The notes under the pieces were generated by a model. That model searched no databases and was not told the origin of the DNA. It saw only the letters and a list, made by a program, of their open reading frames with translations. The position numbers and the translations under genes are program-made. A stretch of 64,000 bases of DNA. It comes from Gammaproteobacteria bacterium (GTDB lineage Bacteria; Pseudomonadota; Gammaproteobacteria; Eutrophobiales; Eutrophobiaceae). Location: assembly GCA_965116495.1 (NCBI GenBank), contig OZ220696.1, positions 2,528,001-2,592,000 on the forward strand, written 5' to 3'. Below are positions 55,341 to 64,000 of the stretch, one piece after another. Within the stretch, counting starts at the first letter, position 1. Each line of letters starts with the position of its first letter.

Positions 55341-56600
55341 ATGCAAACAAAACCACAGTTCAAATTCTTCTTCGGCTCCAGCATCGTCCTGGCCTGCTTC
55401 GTCGGCATGATCGGGAATACGGGAGTGCTCCTGTTTGCCGGGACGGGCGTGCTGATCAAACCCCTGACCCAGGAGTTCGGCTGGAGTCGCGGCGACGTAT
55501 CCCTGGCCCTGACCCTGCTCACCGTCGGCATTGCCGTGGGGGTGCTGGTGAGCGGCAGGCTGATAGACCGCTATGGCGCCAGGCGGGTGCTTTGCGCATC
55601 CATTCTGTTATCCCTCCTGGTCATACTGACAGGACCGTTTTACGTCGCCACCCTGCCCCTGTTTTACACCATGATGCTGCTTGCCGCGGTGGTCGGCGCG
55701 CCGACCAACACGATCGGCTATGCGCGCGTGATTTCCGACTGGTTCGACAAGCGCAGGGGACTGTTCATCGGCATTAATTCGGCCGGGATCGGCCTGGGTT
55801 TTACCCTTGCGCCCCTGGTATGCAACTGGGCCATAGGCATCGGCGGCTGGCGCGCGGGTTATTTCAGCCTGGGCCTGTTCCTGCTGGTTATCGTATTCCC
55901 CACGGTTTACTTTCTCCTCATTGATAAACCCCAGGATGTGGGCCTGTTGCCGGACGGCGTCCAAAAAAACGCAACCGGCGAGCAGGAGGCTGCAGATACG
56001 AACGGCCACCTGTCGCTGGGCGAGGCGCTCAGGACCCGCGTGTTCTGGCTCATGATCGTCATCGTTTCCTGTATCGCCTTTTCGCTGAACGGCATCTTCA
56101 GCCAGTTGGCCGCCTTGCTGACCGACCGGGGCATCGACATGACCACGGCTGCGCTGGTCGTCTCCACCATGGGTATGAGCATGGCCGTCGCCCGCGTAGT
56201 TGTCGGTTATATTATCGATAAACTGTTTGCGCCCATGGTGGCGGTCGGCGTTTTTATCTCGGTATTGCTCGGTGTCGGGTTGCTAATCTACGGGCAACAC
56301 CTGAGCTTATACATTATTGCCGCCATCCTGATGGGGGTCGGTATCGGAACGGAGAGCGACCTCATGGTGTTCCTGACCAGCCGCTATTTCGGCTTGCGCC
56401 ACTTCGGGACGATCTTTTCCTGGGTCTTCATCGCCCACATGACCGGCACCAGCCTGGGGCCCTATCTCATGGGCAGCTCTTATGACCTCCATGGCAGCTA
56501 TATTCCCATACTCCAGGTATGCCTCGCCCTGCTGGCTTTGGCTACGGTGCTGTTTGCGTTTCTGGGGAGATACGACCAGTTCACCCGCAGCAAGAAGTAA
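55341..56600 (+). CDS. MFS transporter (OFA-like)
   Basis: EFGWSR, GRLIDRYGARRV, WFDKRRG, SRYFGLRHFG. Confidence 0.9.
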   Translation: MQTKPQFKFFFGSSIVLACFVGMIGNTGVLLFAGTGVLIKPLTQEFGWSRGDVSLALTLLTVGIAVGVLVSGRLIDRYGARRVLCASILLSLLVILTGPFYVATLPLFYTMMLLAAVVGAPTNTIGYARVISDWFDKRRGLFIGINSAGIGLGFTLAPLVCNWAIGIGGWRAGYFSLGLFLLVIVFPTVYFLLIDKPQDVGLLPDGVQKNATGEQEAADTNGHLSLGEALRTRVFWLMIVIVSCIAFSLNGIFSQLAALLTDRGIDMTTAALVVSTMGMSMAVARVVVGYIIDKLFAPMVAVGVFISVLLGVGLLIYGQHLSLYIIAAILMGVGIGTESDLMVFLTSRYFGLRHFGTIFSWVFIAHMTGTSLGPYLMGSSYDLHGSYIPILQVCLALLALATVLFAFLGRYDQFTRSKK

Positions 56601-56603
56601 CAG

Positions 56604-57887
56604 CTATTTCCGGTAAAAAATCTCCCGCTCGTTATCCAGGTCCAGGTAACGATCACGAAGCCGGGTTGATCTTGATGTCATCGGAATAATTTTACCTTTC
56701 ACGATCACCTGCTCTGCCAGGGTCATGATTTCCAAGGGGTCGCCATCCCATATAACCAGGGTGGCCTGTTTGCCCGGTTCCAGACTGCCCGCCTTGTCGG
56801 CAAATCCAAATACGGTGGCCGGGTTTAACGTCATGGCCTTGAGCGCGGCCGTCTTATCCATGCCATAGGCAACCGCGTTACCCGCAGCCTGGCGCACCAG
56901 GAATGCATTATGGGTATGCAGGAAATCCACCCCGGTAAATAATACCTTTACCCCGGCCGCATCCAGCAAGGCTGCCGCGTCCAGCCTTGCCGCCAGTTGA
57001 TCAAAATCTATCGGCAGGTTGGCCATGGGGTCGATAATGACCGCGACGTCTGCTTCGGCTAACTTATCAGCCACGCGCCAAGCTTCACTGGCTCCGGCTA
57101 TAACAAGTTTGAAACCAAATTGCCTTTTCAATTCCAGCAGCACTTCGATATCACTGGCGCGGTGCACATTCACCACCAGGGGTAATTTCCCGTCGATAAC
57201 GGGTATGAGCGCTTCCAGGTCATGAACTTCCAGTGACAAATCCCGCCAGTTACCTGACATTACGGCATGGCGGTTTGTCCTGTACTCTTGTGTATCCGCC
57301 AGGGCCTGCTGCATTTTCAGGTACGAAGATGCCCGGGAGCCTCCTCCCGCTTCGCTGGAACTGCTGCCCAGGCGCGCAAACATTGCCGCTGACTTATGCA
57401 AAATCGATGACGGCTTGCCAAGTTGAAGAACGACGCCTTGCCCCGCAAACACGCGCTGAGTCGATTCGGGCGCAACGACCGCATGGGTCAATCCATGGAT
57501 TAAATTATGCGGCAACAATGTTGAACCGGGATTGACGGCAGGAAAAACATTAAACGCAGAGCTGAATTGCTCATCCGCGCTCGATACGTCATCCGTCCCT
57601 TCGACCTGACTTATTTCCATAACGCCGAGGTAGGTATACGCGTTGATTAAACCCGGTGTGACCTGTTTACCGCTGGCATCTATGACTTTCCCGGCGGAGG
57701 ATGGATCAATACCAGTACCCAGCGCGGCAATGGATCCGTCCCTGATCAGTATGTCTGCATTTTCCAGGGTTCCGGCGCCGGTCAAGGTATGGATAGAGGC
57801 ATTTGTTATCAATATCTCCCCGGCAGGTACGGGAAATGTGAGAAAGATAAAAGCCATGGAAACGATTAGTTTGTTGCCGCGTCTCAT
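56604..57887 (-). CDS. Amidohydrolase-family protein, exported, lacking the HxH metal motif
   Basis: TPGLINAYTYLG in place of PGxIDxHxH; GSLEPGKQATLVIWDGDPL. Confidence 0.8.
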   Translation of the reverse strand: MRRGNKLIVSMAFIFLTFPVPAGEILITNASIHTLTGAGTLENADILIRDGSIAALGTGIDPSSAGKVIDASGKQVTPGLINAYTYLGVMEISQVEGTDDVSSADEQFSSAFNVFPAVNPGSTLLPHNLIHGLTHAVVAPESTQRVFAGQGVVLQLGKPSSILHKSAAMFARLGSSSSEAGGGSRASSYLKMQQALADTQEYRTNRHAVMSGNWRDLSLEVHDLEALIPVIDGKLPLVVNVHRASDIEVLLELKRQFGFKLVIAGASEAWRVADKLAEADVAVIIDPMANLPIDFDQLAARLDAAALLDAAGVKVLFTGVDFLHTHNAFLVRQAAGNAVAYGMDKTAALKAMTLNPATVFGFADKAGSLEPGKQATLVIWDGDPLEIMTLAEQVIVKGKIIPMTSRSTRLRDRYLDLDNEREIFYRK

Positions 57888-59299
57888 AATCGTTCATCCG
57901 TCGGGTCGATAATGCCAAGATCAAAATCCGTGACGGGCTGCCGGGCTTCATCCAGCCGGTCATAAATCAAAACGCCGTCAATAAACACCTTCTCCGTTTT
58001 ACTGTAGACACTGAAGGGGTCTCCGTCCCATAACACCAGGTCAGCCATTTTTCCAACTTCCAGGCTGCCTGTGAGGGCATCGATACCCAATGCCCTGGCG
58101 GGATTGCTGGTAATCCAGTTGATGGCGTGGGCGCGGCTAATGTGGTAACCCGCATCGATACCGGCAGCCATTGCCTTTGCCGCTTCCTGGTTCAGGTGCT
58201 GCACGGTTATCGCAGAATCAGAGTGCACGATCGCGCAGGCGCCGGCTGCATCCACCATGGCTACGTTGCCTTCCACCATGTCATAAGCTTCGTGCTTGAA
58301 ACCCCACCACTCCGGCCACATCGCCGCGCAGATATCATGCTCAGCCAGGATATCTGCGACCTTGTACGCCTCAACGGCATGGTGAAAAGCCGTAACCCTG
58401 TAGTTAAACTCCCTGGCGATATCGATCATCACCGCCATCTCTTCACCCCGGTAACAATGATTGTGCACCAGGATGTTTCCGCGTAAGACTTCGGCCAGGG
58501 TTTCCAGCTGCAGATCTCTTAGTGGCGCTTCAGTTTCTTCTCCTTGCGCCTGTTTCCCGGCATAGGCGTCCTGTTTGTTGACGTAGTCTGCGGCCTCTAT
58601 CCATGCCGTTCGATAACCGGCGACATTAGCCATCCTTGATGCCGGCGTCTGTTTCAGCTCTCCGCCATAGACACGCTTGGGATTTTCACCGCAGGCCATC
58701 TTCAAACTGTAAGGCGCACCCGGGAATTTCATCGCCTGCACGGTACGTGAAGGAATGTTTTTAAGGGTAACTCCCCTGCCGCCAAACAGATTCGCGGAAC
58801 CCGGCAGGATTTGTAACGTGGTAACCCCGCCGGCTAATGCCAGGGTAAATTGCGGGTCCTGCGTCCAGACGGAGTGTTCCGCATAGACCTGGGCCGTATT
58901 CGGATTGGTGATTTCATTACCATCGAGGTTCCCTTCATGGCTGGGCGCCGGATAAACGCCAAGGTGCGAATGTACGTCAATCAATCCCGGTGTTATCCAC
59001 TTGCCCGAAGCGTCGATGACAACGGCATTCCCGGGCGCATCGATTTCCCGTCCGATAGCGCTTATCTTTCCATCAGTGAATAATATTGATGTGTTATCAA
59101 GCCGGTTGCCGGTTCCGGTCAGTAACGTAGCATTATTCAACAGGACCGGGTTGGCTGCTGCCGGCGCGTAGGTACTGGGGAAAGGGTCTTCCTGCCCGGT
59201 AATGACATCGGGTTTGTCCGTTTTTTCCGTGCACGCGTTATTCAACGCCAATGCAAGTAATACAACGCAGAATCCTGGTATTCCAAGGCGGTTATTCAT
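57884..59299 (-). CDS. Amidohydrolase-family protein, probable lipoprotein
   Basis: PGLIDVHSHLG, KMACGENPKRVY, HNHCYR, HHAVEAYK, HSDS. Confidence 0.88.
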   Translation of the reverse strand: MNNRLGIPGFCVVLLALALNNACTEKTDKPDVITGQEDPFPSTYAPAAANPVLLNNATLLTGTGNRLDNTSILFTDGKISAIGREIDAPGNAVVIDASGKWITPGLIDVHSHLGVYPAPSHEGNLDGNEITNPNTAQVYAEHSVWTQDPQFTLALAGGVTTLQILPGSANLFGGRGVTLKNIPSRTVQAMKFPGAPYSLKMACGENPKRVYGGELKQTPASRMANVAGYRTAWIEAADYVNKQDAYAGKQAQGEETEAPLRDLQLETLAEVLRGNILVHNHCYRGEEMAVMIDIAREFNYRVTAFHHAVEAYKVADILAEHDICAAMWPEWWGFKHEAYDMVEGNVAMVDAAGACAIVHSDSAITVQHLNQEAAKAMAAGIDAGYHISRAHAINWITSNPARALGIDALTGSLEVGKMADLVLWDGDPFSVYSKTEKVFIDGVLIYDRLDEARQPVTDFDLGIIDPTDERL

Positions 59300-59322
59300 G
59301 GACAACTATATAGTTCATCGGA

Positions 59323-59591
59323 CTAGTACCCTTTCCAGTTAATATTGACATGTTCAGCGGGTCGGGAAGCGGTTGAGCGCAAGGCACGCCGCGCCGGGAA
59401 TGGCGCGTCCTTGCCAAGCGGCGTAACGCCGCGGGCGACCGCTTCCCGGCCCGCCCGCAGGGAGCCACACAGCGACGCCAATACGGCGTTGCAGCCCTTG
59501 ACAAGGGCGCGCCATTCTCTGCGGGCTGCGCCTTGTCTTGACGTCGCTGTGTGGCTCTGAACATGTCAATATTAACTGGAAAGGGTACTAG
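59323..59591. mobile_element. 269-bp MITE-like element
   Basis: Perfect 35-bp terminal inverted repeats CTAGTACCCTTTCCAGTTAATATTGACATGTTCAG; CTAG at both ends; GC-rich structured interior; no transposase. Confidence 0.85.
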
Positions 59592-60020
59592 AACGATCTA
59601 AATAGAAAAATAATTTTTTCGTTTAGTTCTGTCCATCTTCGTATATACTGCGTCATGCAATCATCAGCAGAAGCCCAGAGTCGGGCTACCTGCTCAATAC
59701 AATAGCCATTTGTCGGCGGGGTCGCTCCCCAGCCAGGTAAATAGGCAGGGCTCTCTTTACGCTTCTGCGAGATGATTGCAATGGCCCGGCGCCTTATGTC
59801 GGTCATGAATATCAGCAGAAGGTCTCGTGAAAAATTTCCTTGCAGCCTTAAATTTGGCCATGGTTTTAACACATAGTACACCACAGAATCATTTGAGCTA
59901 TTACTACCCCACCATGAACCTTATTGAGATTGAAGTTTATTAACTGCGAGAGCATAAAGTATATAATCCACAAATCTTAACCTACAATCAAAATTCAATT
60001 AGAAATATCAGTCTACCATC

Positions 60021-60866
60021 ATGTCCGAGAAAGCGGTTTCCGAATTTGATGCGTTTTGCAAGCTACTGTCAGTGAAGCTGGATAGCCTCAGTCCGCAGCA
60101 TCAGAAGATTGCTCGTTTCATGATGGAAAATCCTCATGAAACGGCGTTGGAGACTGCATCCAGAATCGCAGATCAATTAAAAGTACAACCTTCCAGCCTG
60201 ATCCGATTGGCTCATATTCTCGGCTTTTCAGGGATTTCTGATCTTCAAAAGATCTTCAAGGAACACACACGGGCGCGATTGTACAATATTACAGTGGCTT
60301 ATACTGACTATATTCAAGCCCCAAAGGTAAAGCAAAAAAACAGGGACTATGCTGCCAAAGGTGTGCTGGATCAATTTATTTACGCCAACATCGCCTCGTT
60401 AAAACATTTGCAACAGGATATTAATGCGCAAAAGTTCAGCAGAGCGATTAAGCTCATAGAAAAAGCCAAGCGGACATACATCCTGGGAACACGCGGTTCT
60501 TTTCCCGCCGCCGCATATATGTTTGATACATTCGCCCGGCTGCACCAACCTGCCTACCTTCTTGATGGCGTGGGCGGCTTACTCAACCAGCAGGTAGAAA
60601 ATATTCAAAAAAATGATGCGTTGATGGTATTTGCTTTCCCTCCGTATGCTGAAGAAACGTTTGAGGCAACAAAGCTGGCCAGGGAAAAGGGAGCAAAAAT
60701 CGTTTCAGTTACTGACAGCCCCATTGCCCCTGTAATGGAGTTCAGTGACTACAACTTCAACTGCGATAAAAGCATGGTCAATGGTTTCAGAACCATCACA
60801 GGCAGTCTGTGCATCGCCCAAGCAATATCAGTTAAATTGGGCATTGATGTGTGTAAACTTGGTTAA
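60021..60866 (+). CDS. RpiR/MurR family transcriptional regulator
   Basis: N-terminal HTH (VQPSSLIRLA..LGFSG..DLQ) and SIS domain (FPPYAEET, VTDSPIAP). Confidence 0.9.
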   Translation: MSEKAVSEFDAFCKLLSVKLDSLSPQHQKIARFMMENPHETALETASRIADQLKVQPSSLIRLAHILGFSGISDLQKIFKEHTRARLYNITVAYTDYIQAPKVKQKNRDYAAKGVLDQFIYANIASLKHLQQDINAQKFSRAIKLIEKAKRTYILGTRGSFPAAAYMFDTFARLHQPAYLLDGVGGLLNQQVENIQKNDALMVFAFPPYAEETFEATKLAREKGAKIVSVTDSPIAPVMEFSDYNFNCDKSMVNGFRTITGSLCIAQAISVKLGIDVCKLG

Positions 60867-60951
60867 GGAACCTCTGATTAAGTCAGAGGTTCCTACGGTA
60901 CAGGGATGTGCTCTGACAAGTCCAGGACGGACTTGATCAGAGCTTCCTTAA
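60863..60951. mobile_element. 89-bp MITE-like remnant
   Basis: Ends TTAAGGAACCTCTGATTAAGTC and GACTTGATCAGAGCTTCCTTAA match 20/22 as inverted repeats; TTAA at both ends. Confidence 0.65.
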
Positions 60952-60956
60952 TAACT

Positions 60957-62828
60957 TTATGGCACTCCTTGATCCCCACTCATGTGGAGGTCGAAACCAT
61001 CATGCAGGAAAATACTGGCCCCTTGCTCGGCGTTGTTGATGTTGGCGCGAAAGCAAGTGAACAACTCACGCCCCATGCCGGAGTGTGAAATGGATTCGTC
61101 ATATTGCGGTATTGTACGTTGCTCCAGTTCTCTCTCGTCGGATTTCAGGTTCAGACTGCATTTCACCGCATCGATACAGATCAGGTCACCGTTTTGAATT
61201 GTTGCCAACGGGCTGTCATCCGCGGCTTCCGGTGTTACGTGGATCGCAGCCAGCACTTTTCCTGAGGCGCCAGACATGCGCCCATCCGTCACTAAGGCAA
61301 CCTTGAACCCCCTGGCCTGCAGTACGCTGAGTATAGGAGTGAGTTTATGTAATTCCGGCATACCGTTTGCCTTCGGCCCCTGATATTTAATAACCGCAAC
61401 AAAATCCTTTTCCAGCTTGCCGGCCCGGTAGGCATGAATGAATTCGTCCTGAGACAGGAAGACTTCGGCTGGCGCTTCAATCACCCAGTGTTCGGGGTTG
61501 ACTGCTGAAGCTTTTACAATCGCACGTCCCAGGTTGCCGACCAACACACGGAGTCCGCCTTCACTTGAAAAAGGCGAGGAAACCGGGCGAAGGGTAGTCT
61601 CATCAAGGCTTTCATTCGTTGTCTCCTGCCAGGTTAATTGCCCGTTCTCTAAAAAAGGTTCCTGTGTATATCTGGACAGTCCTTTCCCTGCAACGGTAGT
61701 CACGTTTTCGTGCAGCAGTCCGGCCTCCAGCAATTCTTTAATTAAAAAGGCGACACCGCCGGCTGCGTGAAACTGGTTCACGTCAGCGGCACCATTGGGG
61801 TAGATGCGCGCGAGTAACGGCACAACAGCGGACAGTTCGGCAAAATCATCCCAATTGAGCCTGATGCCGGCCGCAGCCGCCAACGCGACCAGGTGGATGG
61901 TATGGTTGGTGGAGCCGCCGGATGTGAGCAACCCGACCAGGGCGTTAACGATCACCGCTTCATCGATAATGTCACTTAGAGGCGTGTAGCTATCCGTTAA
62001 GTGCGTGAGTTCGACAACGCGTCGCGCCGCGGCACGGGTAAAGGCCTCGCGTATCGCCGTACCAGGGTTTAAGAATGACGCGCCTGGCAGGTGCAGCCCC
62101 ATGATTTCCATCAACAACTGGTTGCTGTTGGCCGTGCCGTAAAACGTACAGGTGCCGGGACTGTGATAGGATTGGGACTCCGCCGCCAACAACTCCCGGC
62201 GGCTTGCTGCCCCGGCAGCATGGCGTTCCCTCACCGCGGCCTTCTCCGGGTTGGGTAACCCGGACGGCATGGGGCCGGCCGGCACGAACATCACGGGCAG
62301 GTGGCCGAAGCTTAATGCACCGATAAGCAGACCCGGCACTATCTTGTCGCACACCCCCAGGCATAACGCCCCGTCGAACACGTTGTGGGACAGGGCAATG
62401 GCCGTGGACAGGGCAATGATGTCACGGCTGAACAGCGACAATTCCATGCCGCTCTGTCCCTGGGTAATGCCGTCGCACATGGCCGGGGTACCGCCGGCAA
62501 ACCGGGCAATCCCGCCCGCCTCTTTCACGGCCGCTTTGATGATGTCGGGAAACCGTTCAAAGGGCTGGTGCGCAGAGAGCATGTCATTGTACGCGGATAC
62601 GATGGCGATGTTGGGCTTGTCACTGTCACTCAGATCGCGTTTCTCCCCGACAGAGCAGGCGGCCAGACCATGGGCAAGATTGCTGCAGGAGACCAGAGCC
62701 CGATGCGGGCCAGCGTTGCGCATTGCGTCGATCCTGTGCAGGTAGTGCGCCCGGCTGTCCCGGCTGCGCTGCCGTATACGCTCGGTCACTTTACTGACTA
62801 CGGGATGAAGGTCGATGGGATGACTCAT
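60957..62828 (-). CDS. edd: Phosphogluconate dehydratase
   Basis: [56 protein letters not shown]. Confidence 0.96.
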   Translation of the reverse strand: MSHPIDLHPVVSKVTERIRQRSRDSRAHYLHRIDAMRNAGPHRALVSCSNLAHGLAACSVGEKRDLSDSDKPNIAIVSAYNDMLSAHQPFERFPDIIKAAVKEAGGIARFAGGTPAMCDGITQGQSGMELSLFSRDIIALSTAIALSHNVFDGALCLGVCDKIVPGLLIGALSFGHLPVMFVPAGPMPSGLPNPEKAAVRERHAAGAASRRELLAAESQSYHSPGTCTFYGTANSNQLLMEIMGLHLPGASFLNPGTAIREAFTRAAARRVVELTHLTDSYTPLSDIIDEAVIVNALVGLLTSGGSTNHTIHLVALAAAAGIRLNWDDFAELSAVVPLLARIYPNGAADVNQFHAAGGVAFLIKELLEAGLLHENVTTVAGKGLSRYTQEPFLENGQLTWQETTNESLDETTLRPVSSPFSSEGGLRVLVGNLGRAIVKASAVNPEHWVIEAPAEVFLSQDEFIHAYRAGKLEKDFVAVIKYQGPKANGMPELHKLTPILSVLQARGFKVALVTDGRMSGASGKVLAAIHVTPEAADDSPLATIQNGDLICIDAVKCSLNLKSDERELEQRTIPQYDESISHSGMGRELFTCFRANINNAEQGASIFLHDGFDLHMSGDQGVP

Positions 62829-62831
62829 CGG

Positions 62832-63527
62832 TTACGGCGCCCAATACACATCCAGGGGTACCTGTTCCTGGTTAAGCAGGATATGCACCGGTTTGTCCAG
62901 GACATCCTGACCGTGCACCGCACGTTCGAAAGTCCCGCGTTTCCTGTAGCCGAAAAACAGGAGGATGAGTCTGCGAGTTTGTAACAATGCCCCGGCAGTG
63001 AGTGTCATGCGCGGGTGATCGATAGAAGTGCACCTGGTTACCTTACACAATTTCTCAGAACACGGGTCCGGGGCGCGTGTGAGCCCCGCGGCCTGTGGTA
63101 GCAACGAAGCGATATGGCCGTCCTCACCCATTCCCAGCATGACAAGATCAAAGGGCCGGGATAGCCTGTTTAACCGGTTCTCAATTTCAGGCTCCGCTTC
63201 CTCAGGAGCGATATCATGGGTCATGAGGCTGATGAATCGTGCGCTTGCCGCAGCAGAATGTAACAGTTCACGTTTGAGCATCGCCTCATTACTGTCCGGG
63301 TGGTAGGGTGCAACCCAGCGTTCGTCAGTCAGTGTAAGGGTGACTTTTTCCCAAGGCAGGTCGAGTCTGTTCAATGTACGGTAAGTAACGATGGGCGTGT
63401 TACCTCCGGCAGCGATGAAAGTCCCTTCACCTCTCGCAGCACATGCCGCTTTGAGCGTCTTCCCGATAGTGGCCGCCAACTCATAAGCTAACTCGTCACG
63501 CTGGTAGAAACAACGATAATTGATCAT
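62832..63527 (-). CDS. pgl: 6-phosphogluconolactonase
   Basis: GGNTP, DERWV...HPDSN, LGMGEDGHIASL, RMTLT. Confidence 0.93.
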   Translation of the reverse strand: MINYRCFYQRDELAYELAATIGKTLKAACAARGEGTFIAAGGNTPIVTYRTLNRLDLPWEKVTLTLTDERWVAPYHPDSNEAMLKRELLHSAAASARFISLMTHDIAPEEAEPEIENRLNRLSRPFDLVMLGMGEDGHIASLLPQAAGLTRAPDPCSEKLCKVTRCTSIDHPRMTLTAGALLQTRRLILLFFGYRKRGTFERAVHGQDVLDKPVHILLNQEQVPLDVYWAP

Positions 63528-63528
63528 G

Positions 63529-64000
63529 CTATACCGGTTCACGATACCAGGCACGCAGGTCCCGGCCGATCAGTACGTCTGAACCTGCCGGTCCCCAGGT
63601 GCCGGCCACATACTTTTCCGACCTTGTTCCGGTTCCGTGCCAGCCATGGATAATATTGTCTATCCAGAGCCACGCCGCTTCCACCTCGTCCCGGCGCATG
63701 AACAAGGCCGGGTTGCCCTGGATGATATCCATTAATAAACGTTCATAGGCATCAGGATAACCAGTTTGAAAGGCCTGTGCAAAACTCAGGTTTAACGGCA
63801 AAGAATGAAGATGAAATCCGTTAATCCCCGGCCGTTTTGTCATCAGCATCAGCTTAATGCCTTCATCCGGCTGTAAGCGGATCACAAGGTGGTTGGGTAG
63901 CGCCTGTTCATTGGATGTGAATATCAGGTGCGGCACCGGCGCAAACTGAACCACGATCTCGGAACGCTTCTCGGTCATGCGCTTACCGGTACGCAGGTAA
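63529..64000 (-). CDS. zwf: Glucose-6-phosphate dehydrogenase, 3' part (runs off the window)
   Basis: YLRTGKRM, IRLQPDEG, DAYERLL, LFMRRDEVEAAW, GTWGP. Confidence 0.95.
   Translation of the reverse strand, partial: YLRTGKRMTEKRSEIVVQFAPVPHLIFTSNEQALPNHLVIRLQPDEGIKLMLMTKRPGINGFHLHSLPLNLSFAQAFQTGYPDAYERLLMDIIQGNPALFMRRDEVEAAWLWIDNIIHGWHGTGTRSEKYVAGTWGPAGSDVLIGRDLRAWYREPV

Noticed and set aside
59292-59569. Three short overlapping ORFs
   Set aside because: Chance translations of the GC-rich MITE-like element.
59600-60020. Possible riboswitch, ncRNA or 98-aa ORF upstream of the RpiR gene
   Set aside because: No recognisable RNA family consensus or protein motif; a covariance-model search would be needed.

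Overview
A fairly GC-rich bacterial window, probably proteobacterial (TonB-dependent receptor, maeB, zwf-pgl-edd). It is dominated by accessory catabolic clusters: (1) D-amino-acid/amidohydrolase genes, 0.1-8.7 kb; (2) a TonB receptor/EthD/SDR/acyl-CoA ligase/molybdoenzyme cluster that has only a 3' remnant of a LuxR-type regulator, 8.9-21.5 kb; (3) IOR, RidA, hydroxy-acid oxidase, ACAD, thiolase-like/DUF35 and a MaoC pair, 21.6-30.9 kb; (4) a toxin-antitoxin/nuclease islet, 30.9-35.4 kb; (5) ACAD/CoA-transferase/MaoC genes divergent from a rearranged, non-canonical PaaABCD-like di-iron oxygenase operon plus a ferredoxin, 35.5-41.6 kb; (6) acyl-CoA ligase, metY and maeB; (7) LysR, DHDPS-family and hydantoinase/oxoprolinase genes; (8) an amidohydrolase pair and Entner-Doudoroff genes. 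Intergenic spaces carry several families of small palindromic or repeat elements: two REP-like families, heptamer and nonamer repeats, and two MITE-like elements. These coincide with gene truncations, supply gene ends and stop codons, and in two cases form the -35 box of a promoter in front of a TA gene. The best candidates for undescribed biology are the divergent Paa-like CoA-ester oxygenase system and the link between the GGGG(T/A)C(A/G)G palindromes and cassette gain/loss. No rRNA, tRNA, CRISPR array, integrase or intact transposase was recognised. All calls come from motif recognition by eye; no database searches were run.
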